Source of the DNA: Candidatus Fermentibacteraceae bacterium
GTDB lineage: Bacteria > Fermentibacterota > Fermentibacteria > Fermentibacterales > JCC-6
Assembly (NCBI GenBank): GCA_041750285.1
Contig: JBGSZS010000002.1
Span: 32,001 to 96,000, forward strand
DNA length: 64,000 nucleotides
Direction: 5' to 3'
This document shows, piece after piece, positions 38,374-46,856 of the stretch (positions within the stretch are counted from its first letter, which is position 1; every line of letters begins with the position of its first letter). Under the pieces are notes generated by a model, which made no database searches, was not told where the DNA came from, and was given only the letters and a program-made list of their open reading frames with translations. A program made the position numbers and the translations under genes.

Positions 38374-41300
38374 ATGCAGAACGGAGCCAGCGGGTGGGTC
38401 AGACTCGCCTGTAACAGGCTCACTGGCTCACTGAGCGTAAGCGGTGATTGTCTGGGCATTCTCGGCATACCGGCCGAGACACTGTTTTCCGCCACCGACG
38501 CGAGGCCGTTGCTGCCTTCCGTGGTCAGGCGTGCCCTGGAGGATCCGTCCGTGCCGTTCCGCGAGGACAGGCAGGCCGGTATTTTCGTAACCACGACAGA
38601 GACGGCATCGGAAGTCGTGATGGTCGTGGCCGGGATCAGGGAGGAGACCGATTCGGTCTATCCCGATCTTCCCGCGGGAGTCATCTCCCTCGACCATTCA
38701 GGAATCCTGACCCACTGCAATCGCGAAATGGGGGAGATGTTCGGTATTGATGCCCCCGGCAGCGTTGGGTCCGAGGTTTCCAGGGTTCTCCCGCAGCCCG
38801 TGCTTTACAGCTGGAGCAGCGTTATCAAATCCGTGATGATGGGCCATCAGGTGAAGGTGGAGTTCCTTCCGGTAGCGGGCCGCAAGAATTCCGGCATGCT
38901 TGTCAGGGGCGGAGCCGGCATCGTCGGCCTTTTCCATGACATCACCGAAGCCATCGAGACCGAGAAGAGGCTGAGAGCCGTCCAGAAGATGAACCAGGCC
39001 ATTTTCAGCGCCAGTGAGGCCGGTATTCTGATGTTCGACGCCAAGGGCAGGATCCTTCTGGCGAACCGGGCAATGGCCAGGATTACCGGCATGAGCAACA
39101 GCCTTGTCGGAATGCATGTGGTGGAAGTCTTTCCAGATGAGTGCCTCAAATGGGTGGACAGGTCCTCGAAGAAGCTTCTGGCCCGACCCGGCAAGGGTGC
39201 CACGAGCGGTGATATGGAGTGGGTCGGCTCATCCGGTGAAACCCGGGTTGTTAGGCTGTCCCTGCAGTCCATCACCGATGATTCGGGCGTTGTCACCCAT
39301 GTGATGGGTTATGTTGATGACATTACCGACCAGGTCCAGGGCATGAAAAGGCTTGAAACCCTTGGTCGCAGCCTCGAATACATGGGCAGGCTCACCACCC
39401 TGCTGCCGGGAGCAGGCCGGCAGGACTCCGGAAGTGCGGGGCTCATAAGGGAGATACTGGAAGCAGATGCGCTTGCGGTATACATCAACGATCCCTTTTC
39501 AGGCCTCACGCTCTCCGATGGTGACGGCGCATGGCCGGACGGGCTTCCTCCAGGGGACTATTCAGATCTGAGGCTGTCACCCTTCTCCGGATATGAGGAG
39601 GGCTTCCGGATGCTCACCGGCGACAGGCTCGGTCTTTTGAAAGGCATTTTCTCAAGGGGGCTCGTTTATACCCTGGGCGGGGCGGAAAACCCCATGGGTT
39701 ACATCGTGGCCGCATACAGGACCGATCAGGTCGCCATGCACAGGGAGGCTTCGGTTGGCGAACTTGCGGCAGCCCTCCTCACATCGGGCCTTCTTCTGAA
39801 CCGGGAGCACAGCGAGAGTGAGAAACTCGCATACCTGCTCAGGGGAAGGGACCGTTTTCTTGAGGACCTTTTTCTGAAGATCCCCATTCCAGCCTTCCTT
39901 TTCAGTGAATCCGGAGAGATCCTTCTCTGGAACGACGACATGACCCTCATGGCCGGCGAGGACGTCATGTCCCAGACCCTTCAGAGACAGCAGCGCAGTC
40001 TTGACCGGATGCTGTCCGACGCCGGAAGCATGACGGATGTGCTGCGGCGATTCTCCAGGGGAGAGCCGATCATCCAGCATTCATTCACGCCCGTCAGCGG
40101 GGAGCCTAAGGCGGGGCAGGTCCTTCAGGTGAGAAAGGTGAGATCCTTTGGATGGGGAACCGACGAGTCGTGCTTCCTTGCCGCTGTTCTGTCACAGGAT
40201 GTTTCCCGGCCGGAATCCTGCGCTTCCTCGAAGCTTCTTGGCAGCCTGATAGATGTTTACGAGGGCAGCGAGCCGGAGAAAGTCATGCGAAGGGCGGCTC
40301 TCGGGGCCATGAAACTGTCGGGTGCAGAGGCCGTAAGGCTCACCGTCGACAGGGTGGGGCAGGTTCAGATCCCCCAGGACGGCTGGAACACCGATGCCGC
40401 ATGGGAGTCCGAGGTTACTCTCGAGGGTGACAGGCTTGTCTTTCAGTTCATTGGAGGCGGCAAGACATCCCATATCGATGCTCTTGGTAAAACACTTCTA
40501 AGAATTCTGGGCCGGATGAACTCCGTCCTGTCCCCTTCTTCTCTTGAGAAGATCACCGGCGTTCCCGGCGGTCTGCTGATGGTGACCGACCCGCACGGGA
40601 AAGTGCTGTTTTCCAACTGGCCCAGGATAGTGCTTGGGGACAGGGGCTTCGCAACCATCGACGGACTTCTCGGGGAAACGCCTCCCTGGGATGTCCTTGC
40701 CTCGTTGCACGCGACCGGGAAGTGCGTGTGGCATCATCCCGGTGAAGGCCCCGTACGTGGGGTCGCCCTTTCGGGTGATCCTTTGTCAAGGACGCTCTGG
40801 TACCCTGCCGGCGACGGTGAAGACACCGATCCGGGTGAGGACAAGGCCCGTCTTTCCCTTGTCCTTGTCGAGTTTCTGCTCTCCTACGCGCGCAGGGCCC
40901 GTTCTTCAATGGAAGCCATGAAGGAGATGCTCGAGGGCAGGGATTCCCTGGGCAAGCTTTCCAGTACGCTCATTCTCGACCACGGATCGGCTCAGGACGT
41001 TCTTGAGGTCCTTCGGATAACGATAGGCGCCGCCTCGGCAAAAGCCAGACCCATCACCGTGGAGGAATGCCTTCATGTAGCATCGGGTTTCCTCAGAAGT
41101 TCGGGGGTAAGGGTGCCCGACATGACACTTCCCGATCAGCTTCCCCGTGTGGTAGTCGACCCGGAATGGACAGGCAGGGTGATGGCGAGACTGCTTCGCA
41201 TGGCCGGTAACAGCAGCAGAGGCATGGCGCTTCGTACCGATGACCGGTGGGTTACCATGGAACTGCCTGTTTCCCTTGAATCGGAAGACATTCCCGGGCA

Positions 41301-41448
41301 GGACGAAACCGTCAAATGCCTTATGGAGAGCTTCATCGACCAGAGGGCCGAGACCGGGATCCTTGCCGCCCTTCTTGAGAGACATGGCTGCAAACTGGAC
41401 CTTGATGCCTCCCATGCCCTCCGACTGCGCTTTCCTGTCGTGGAGTAG
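38374..41448 (+). CDS. Multi-PAS/GAF sensor protein with degenerate histidine-kinase-like C-terminus
   Basis: Repeated PAS signatures (GVISLD…CN, GILMFD…ANRA, WNDDM); no H/N/G boxes recognisable. Confidence 0.65.
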   Translation: MQNGASGWVRLACNRLTGSLSVSGDCLGILGIPAETLFSATDARPLLPSVVRRALEDPSVPFREDRQAGIFVTTTETASEVVMVVAGIREETDSVYPDLPAGVISLDHSGILTHCNREMGEMFGIDAPGSVGSEVSRVLPQPVLYSWSSVIKSVMMGHQVKVEFLPVAGRKNSGMLVRGGAGIVGLFHDITEAIETEKRLRAVQKMNQAIFSASEAGILMFDAKGRILLANRAMARITGMSNSLVGMHVVEVFPDECLKWVDRSSKKLLARPGKGATSGDMEWVGSSGETRVVRLSLQSITDDSGVVTHVMGYVDDITDQVQGMKRLETLGRSLEYMGRLTTLLPGAGRQDSGSAGLIREILEADALAVYINDPFSGLTLSDGDGAWPDGLPPGDYSDLRLSPFSGYEEGFRMLTGDRLGLLKGIFSRGLVYTLGGAENPMGYIVAAYRTDQVAMHREASVGELAAALLTSGLLLNREHSESEKLAYLLRGRDRFLEDLFLKIPIPAFLFSESGEILLWNDDMTLMAGEDVMSQTLQRQQRSLDRMLSDAGSMTDVLRRFSRGEPIIQHSFTPVSGEPKAGQVLQVRKVRSFGWGTDESCFLAAVLSQDVSRPESCASSKLLGSLIDVYEGSEPEKVMRRAALGAMKLSGAEAVRLTVDRVGQVQIPQDGWNTDAAWESEVTLEGDRLVFQFIGGGKTSHIDALGKTLLRILGRMNSVLSPSSLEKITGVPGGLLMVTDPHGKVLFSNWPRIVLGDRGFATIDGLLGETPPWDVLASLHATGKCVWHHPGEGPVRGVALSGDPLSRTLWYPAGDGEDTDPGEDKARLSLVLVEFLLSYARRARSSMEAMKEMLEGRDSLGKLSSTLILDHGSAQDVLEVLRITIGAASAKARPITVEECLHVASGFLRSSGVRVPDMTLPDQLPRVVVDPEWTGRVMARLLRMAGNSSRGMALRTDDRWVTMELPVSLESEDIPGQDETVKCLMESFIDQRAETGILAALLERHGCKLDLDASHALRLRFPVVE

Positions 41449-41497
41449 CGCTTCAGCTGTATATTAGCACCCCACTGGTTGAGAATGGAGGAACCGT

Positions 41498-43948
41498 TTG
41501 GACAGCTACGACTTCAGGGAAATGCAACGGAGATGGTCACCGTTCTGGGAACGGATGAACCTCTATGCCACAGGGCAGGACCCGGAAAGTCCAAACTTCT
41601 ACTGCCTTGACTACTTTCCCTATCCCTCCGGTGCCGGGCTGTCCGTCGGCCATTGCCGAAATTACATCCCAACCGATGTTATCTCACGCAAGAAGCGCAT
41701 GGCCGGGGTAAATGTGCTTCATCCAATGGGCTGGGACGCCTTCGGTCAACCCGCTGAGGAGTATGCGATAAAGACCGGCATACACCCCGCCGAGGTAACA
41801 AGGATCAACACCGATACCTATCGAAGGCAGATGAAGCTGTTCGAGGCCGGTTACGACTGGAGCAGGGAGATCGATTCCAGCAGCCCGGACTACTACCGCT
41901 GGACACAGTACTTCTTCCTGCTTCTCTTCGACAGGGGTCTGGCCTATCAGAGCGACGCTTTCCAGATGTACTGCCCTGCCTGCAGGATAGTCCTGTCCAA
42001 CGAAGAGGCTGCGGGCGGGATATGCTGGCGTTGCGGCGGAAACGTAACGAGAAAAAGGCTTCCCCAGTGGTACTTCAGGATCACCGACTATGCACAGAGG
42101 CTTCTTGACGACCTTCAGGGACTTGACTGGCCCGAAGGCATCAAGGCAATGCAGAGGAACTGGATAGGCAGGTCCGAAGGCGCCGAGGTCGTTTTTCCAG
42201 TCGCGCTTCCGGGGGGAGACACGCTGCAGATGCCCGTGTACACCACCCGGATCGACACAATTTTCGGCGCGACCTTCTGTGTGATGGCTCCGGAGCATCC
42301 CGATCTGCATGCCGTTACTTCACCGGACAGGCGTGAGGAAGTGTCGGACTATCTGAAGATGGTTGCAACGAGAAGCGACACCGACCGCCAGGCGGATACA
42401 GGGCGCGACAAGACCGGCGTCTTCACGGGTTCGTATGCACTCAATCCCTTCACCGGAGCCAGGATTCCCCTCTGGGTGGCGGACTACGTTCTCGGCGGCT
42501 ACGGGACAGCGGCGATCATGGCAGTGCCGGGTCACGATCAGCGCGATCACGACTTTGCGAAGAGGTTCGGCCTTCCAATCCTCGAGGTAATTGCCCCGGA
42601 GGGAGTTCCCCGGGGTGTGGATGACGCGGCGACCGAAGCCGACGGGATGCTGATCAACAGCGGTCCCTTCACCGGTCTCTCCTCCGGCAGCGCCCGGCAT
42701 GTCATGGCTGAGCATGCAGAGAAAGAGGGTTTCGGACATCCCGAGGTCCGCTTCAGGATCAGGGACTGGCTTGTGAGCCGTCAAAGGTACTGGGGGGCGC
42801 CCATTCCCGTAATCCACTGTGCCAGGTGCGGCGCAGTCCCCGATCGGAACCTTCCCGTACTGCTTCCCGATGTCGACGGATTCCAGCCCGACGAGTCGGG
42901 TCTCTCACCCCTGGCAAGATCCACCGGGTGGGTGAACACCGCGTGTCCCAGGTGCGGAGGGCCGGCAGAGCGCGAGACCAGTACAATGGCGGGTTTCGCC
43001 TGCTCGAGCTGGTATTTCCTGCGGTTCGCCTCCCCGTGGGAGAATGACAGGCCCTTCGACCCCGAAGAGGTGAAGAAGTGGCTTCCGGTTGACATGTACG
43101 TTGGGGGAGCCGAGCACGCGGTCATGCATCTGATCTACGCCAGGTTCTTCACGAAGGTCATGTACGACGCGGGAATGGTGGACTTCACCGAGCCCTTCAC
43201 CTGCCTCAAGAACCAGGGCATGCTTCTCAGCTACGATCATCAGAAGATGTCCAAGAGCAAGGGCAACGTGGTGACTCCCGATGAGGTCGTGGAGAAGTAC
43301 GGCGCTGACGCCCTGAGGCTCTACATCCTCTTCATGGGTCCCTTCGAGGCCGAACTGGAGTGGAGTGAAGAGGGTATTTCCGGAACCTACAGGTTCGTGA
43401 AAAGGATCTGGAAGCTCTTTCAGCTCCCGCTTGAAAACACAGCGCCCGACCCGGCCCTTCGGAAGGAGTTCAGGTACAACCTTGCGAAGACCGTTCGCAA
43501 GGTTACGGAAGACATCGACTCGTTCCAGTTCAACACAGCAGTAGCTGCCTTGATGGAGTTCATCAACTTCATGGCGTCGCACCGGGAGAAGGCCGGCTCG
43601 GCCGCGGGCGAGTGGGACGCCGCCAGGAAGGACGTGCTGGTGCTTCTGGCACCCATGGCACCCTTCATTGCAGAGGAGTTGTGGCACAGGCTCGGGTACC
43701 CGGGCGAGACCGTACACAGGGCTCAGTGGCCCGTTGTCAGAGAGGAAGACCTGACTCAGGACACTGTCGAGATAGCGCTTCAGGTCATGGGAAAACTGAG
43801 GGGCAGGATGACCGTTCCCAGTGGTGCGGATGCCGCGGAAATCGAGGCGCTCGCCCTGTCTAGCCCGAGGATCGCGGAGATCCTCTCGGGTGCGCGGCCC
43901 AGGCGGGTCATCGTTGTTCCCGGAAGCCTTGTGAACATCATTCCATAG
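41498..43948 (+). CDS. leuS: Leucine--tRNA ligase
   Basis: FPYPSGAGLSVGH, PMGWDAFG, TTRIDT, SRQRYWG, KMSKSKGN. Confidence 0.97.
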   Translation: MDSYDFREMQRRWSPFWERMNLYATGQDPESPNFYCLDYFPYPSGAGLSVGHCRNYIPTDVISRKKRMAGVNVLHPMGWDAFGQPAEEYAIKTGIHPAEVTRINTDTYRRQMKLFEAGYDWSREIDSSSPDYYRWTQYFFLLLFDRGLAYQSDAFQMYCPACRIVLSNEEAAGGICWRCGGNVTRKRLPQWYFRITDYAQRLLDDLQGLDWPEGIKAMQRNWIGRSEGAEVVFPVALPGGDTLQMPVYTTRIDTIFGATFCVMAPEHPDLHAVTSPDRREEVSDYLKMVATRSDTDRQADTGRDKTGVFTGSYALNPFTGARIPLWVADYVLGGYGTAAIMAVPGHDQRDHDFAKRFGLPILEVIAPEGVPRGVDDAATEADGMLINSGPFTGLSSGSARHVMAEHAEKEGFGHPEVRFRIRDWLVSRQRYWGAPIPVIHCARCGAVPDRNLPVLLPDVDGFQPDESGLSPLARSTGWVNTACPRCGGPAERETSTMAGFACSSWYFLRFASPWENDRPFDPEEVKKWLPVDMYVGGAEHAVMHLIYARFFTKVMYDAGMVDFTEPFTCLKNQGMLLSYDHQKMSKSKGNVVTPDEVVEKYGADALRLYILFMGPFEAELEWSEEGISGTYRFVKRIWKLFQLPLENTAPDPALRKEFRYNLAKTVRKVTEDIDSFQFNTAVAALMEFINFMASHREKAGSAAGEWDAARKDVLVLLAPMAPFIAEELWHRLGYPGETVHRAQWPVVREEDLTQDTVEIALQVMGKLRGRMTVPSGADAAEIEALALSSPRIAEILSGARPRRVIVVPGSLVNIIP

Positions 43949-44004
43949 ACATCCCTTGAAAAACCCCCCTTCCGTGCCGTACTTATACGGGAGAGGGGGT
44001 TCTC

Positions 44005-45534
44005 ATGCTGGCTCTTGCCAGAACTGTCGGGCTGGTAGGCATCGAGGCCTTTCCCGTGGATGTCGAGGTCGACATGAGCAGGGGTCTGCCCAGCTTTTCC
44101 ATGGTTGGCCTTCCCGACAACTCAGTCCGGGAAAGCCGCGAGAGGGTTCAGGCCGCAATAGCCAACTCCGGGTTCTCTCTGCCCCCCAAGAAACTCACGG
44201 TCAATCTCGCTCCGGCGGGGAGGAAGAAGGAAGGCCCCTCCTTCGATCTTCCCATTGCGGTTGGGCTCCTGGCCGCGGGAGGCTTCGTCAGCGCATCCAG
44301 GGTTGAACGTTTCGCCTACGCGGGTGAACTTGCGCTCGACGGCAGGGTCAGGCCCGTGCGTGGCATGCTGCCCATGGCATCGGGGATCACCACAGGTCTA
44401 GAAGGCCTCTTCGTCCCGGCGGAAAACGCCTCCGAGGCAGCCATTTCCTCTCCCGCAAGGGTGATCCCCGTCCGGTCGCTTCAGGACGTTGCGAACTGGC
44501 TCCAGGGCGCCGAGGGGCTCTTCCCTGAACTGCCCGCTCCCGAACTGGCGGACCCTCCCGTTTACAGGGTCGACTTCGCAGAGGTCCACGGCCAGCTGCA
44601 AGCGCGGAGGGCTCTCGAGATCGCCGCCGCGGGAGGCCACAACCTTCTCATGATGGGTCCTCCCGGAGCCGGGAAGACCATGCTGGCGCAAAGGCTTCCC
44701 ACCATCCTTCCCCCCCTCACCAAGACCGAAGCCATCGAGACCACAATGATCCACAGCGTTGCGGGGCTTCTACCCGAGGGGGTGGCGCTGGTGCGGGAAA
44801 GACCGTTCCGTTCACCGCACCACACGGTGTCCACCCCGGGCCTGATTGGGGGAGGCACCAACCCGAGACCCGGCGAGGTCAGCCTTGCCCACAACGGGGT
44901 CCTTTTCCTCGACGAGCTTCCCGAGTTCAACCGAAGCGCCCTCGAGGCGATGCGCCAGCCCATGGAATCATGCCGGGTGACTGTTTCACGGGCAGTGACC
45001 TCCACCGACTTCCCGGCAAGGTTCATGCTGCTGGCCGCGATGAACCCATGCCCCTGCGGCTACCTCACCCATCCCTCAAGGGCATGCAACTGCAGCTCTT
45101 CACAGGTTCAGCGCTACCTCGCACGGATATCCGGTCCCCTGCTCGACCGCATCGACATTCACCTCGAAGTTTCCCCTCTCGAGGGCAAACACCTCGGCCC
45201 CGAGACCGAACCCGGGGAGCCATCGCTGCCGATAAGGGAGCGGGTTGCCGCGGCAAGGGCCATTCAGGGGGAAAGGTATGCGGGCATGAAGGAAGTGTTC
45301 TGCAATGCAGGCATGCCCCCCTCCATGCTGCGGAAGCACTGCTCCATCGATCCCGCTGGCAGAAAGCTGCTCGATACCGCCGCTTCGCGCTTCGGTTTCT
45401 CCGCAAGGGCATATTGCAGGGCGCTCAGGGTGTCACGAACCATCGCCGACCTCGAAGGTCAGGACCGGATAAACTCGACCCACGTCGCCGAGGCCGTTCA
45501 GTTCAGGGCTCTGGAGAAGGACTACTGGGTGTAG
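44005..45534 (+). CDS. YifB/ComM Mg-chelatase-like AAA ATPase
   Basis: VGLPD…ESRERV, NLAPA, GPPGAGKT, RPFRSPHH, FLDELPEF, MNPCPCG. Confidence 0.93.
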   Translation: MLALARTVGLVGIEAFPVDVEVDMSRGLPSFSMVGLPDNSVRESRERVQAAIANSGFSLPPKKLTVNLAPAGRKKEGPSFDLPIAVGLLAAGGFVSASRVERFAYAGELALDGRVRPVRGMLPMASGITTGLEGLFVPAENASEAAISSPARVIPVRSLQDVANWLQGAEGLFPELPAPELADPPVYRVDFAEVHGQLQARRALEIAAAGGHNLLMMGPPGAGKTMLAQRLPTILPPLTKTEAIETTMIHSVAGLLPEGVALVRERPFRSPHHTVSTPGLIGGGTNPRPGEVSLAHNGVLFLDELPEFNRSALEAMRQPMESCRVTVSRAVTSTDFPARFMLLAAMNPCPCGYLTHPSRACNCSSSQVQRYLARISGPLLDRIDIHLEVSPLEGKHLGPETEPGEPSLPIRERVAAARAIQGERYAGMKEVFCNAGMPPSMLRKHCSIDPAGRKLLDTAASRFGFSARAYCRALRVSRTIADLEGQDRINSTHVAEAVQFRALEKDYWV

Positions 45535-45614
45535 GAATGGGGAAGCCCCCGCCGGTATTGCACCCGAGTTCCCCGGGGATGTATACAATGCTGCAGCGTG
45601 AGGGGAGGCCATAT

Positions 45615-46805
45615 CTGAATGCTCTTTTACTTATAGCTCTCCCGGCTTTTCCTGGGCTTGTGGAGTTCCATGCCGAGGGACCGATAGCCGATGGTGGCAA
45701 ACAACTCGACGTGGGAAGTTACGCGGCGCCGCTGATGACGGACTGGGACGGCGATGGTCTTGAAGACCTCCTTGTGGGCCAGTTCGACGGGGGAAGGATC
45801 AGGTTCTACCCCAATCTGGGATCCCGGCAGGCACCGGTGTTCGATGGTTTCGAGTATCTGATGGACGGGGAAGACTACCTCTCGGTTCCCTACGATTGAT
45901 GCACCGGGGCCACGGATCCACAGGCTGTGGATTGGGACGGCGACGGCAGACCCGACATTCTGGTGGGAGACCGGGAGGGAAACATCCACTTCTTCAGACG
46001 CCTCGAGTACGGGGTGGTCAACCTTGAGGAGCAGGACCCGGTCGAAGTCGGCGGCAGGCCGATTGACGTGGGCTACAACTCCGCACCGTGCGTCACCGAC
46101 TGGAATGCCGACGGTCTTCCGGACCTTGTCGTTGGCAGCCTGAGCGCGGTTCCCGCCGCGGTCTTCCTGTTCATTGACGAGGGGTCGCCGTACTCTCCGT
46201 TGTACGTTCAAACCGACACCGTTCTCTGCCAGGGGGCACCCATCCAGTTGACGGCAGCCTACCCCGACATCCATGACCTGACAGGCGACGGCCTGGAGGA
46301 GCTGCTTGTGGGCTCGGCCAACGGGAACGTCCTGTGCTGCGTCAACACCGGAACACCCGGAAACCCGGTCTACGGATACTCGGAGAACCTGAGGGCCGAT
46401 GGCGGGGAGATATACTTCTGTTCGTACGTCAGGCCCTCCATCTGCCAATGGAACGGCGACGGCATCCCCGACCTGCTCCTTGCGGACGACAGCGGGATGG
46501 TCCACCTGTTCACCGGGGTGCCTCCGGAAGGTGTTCCGGAATACCCCGCGGCTTCGGTGAGGTTGCTGCGGAACCCGGCAACAGGTTCCGTGAACCTGAG
46601 GGTTAACCTTCCCGAGCCCTCGCAGGTGGGAACGGCGCTGTTCTCCCTGGACGGAAGGCTTCTCGGATCGGTGGAAAGCGGCATTCTGCCTGCGGGTCCG
46701 AATACGGTGACTGTTGCCTGCGGGCCGCTGCCAGCGGGGCTCTACGTACTGCGCGTGACCGCCGGAAACAGCGCTGAAATCCTCAGGGTGGCAATCATTC
46801 CCTGA
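45615..46805 (+). CDS. Secreted FG-GAP/VCBS-repeat protein with T9SS-type C-terminal domain; in-frame TGA at 45897-45899 (candidate Sec)
   Basis: The tail of track ORF 44970..45899 and ORF 45927..46805 are one frame (…VPYD*CTGATDPQAVDWDGDG…); five DW/LxGDGxxDL repeats; GGGGAGG RBS before CTG 45615. Confidence 0.8.
45915..45933 (+). promoter_or_regulatory. Putative bacterial SECIS hairpin
   Basis: GATCCACA-GGC-TGTGGATT stem-loop; G-initiated loop 23 nt after the TGA. Confidence 0.55.
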
Positions 46806-46818
46806 GAGCCGACGGAAA

Positions 46819-46840
46819 GGGGCGCCCGGATGGGCGCCCC
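46819..46840. terminator. Hairpin between convergent genes
   Basis: GGGGCGCCC-GGAT-GGGCGCCCC perfect 9-bp stem. Confidence 0.65.
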
Positions 46841-46856
46841 CGTTAGGTCGTGGAGA

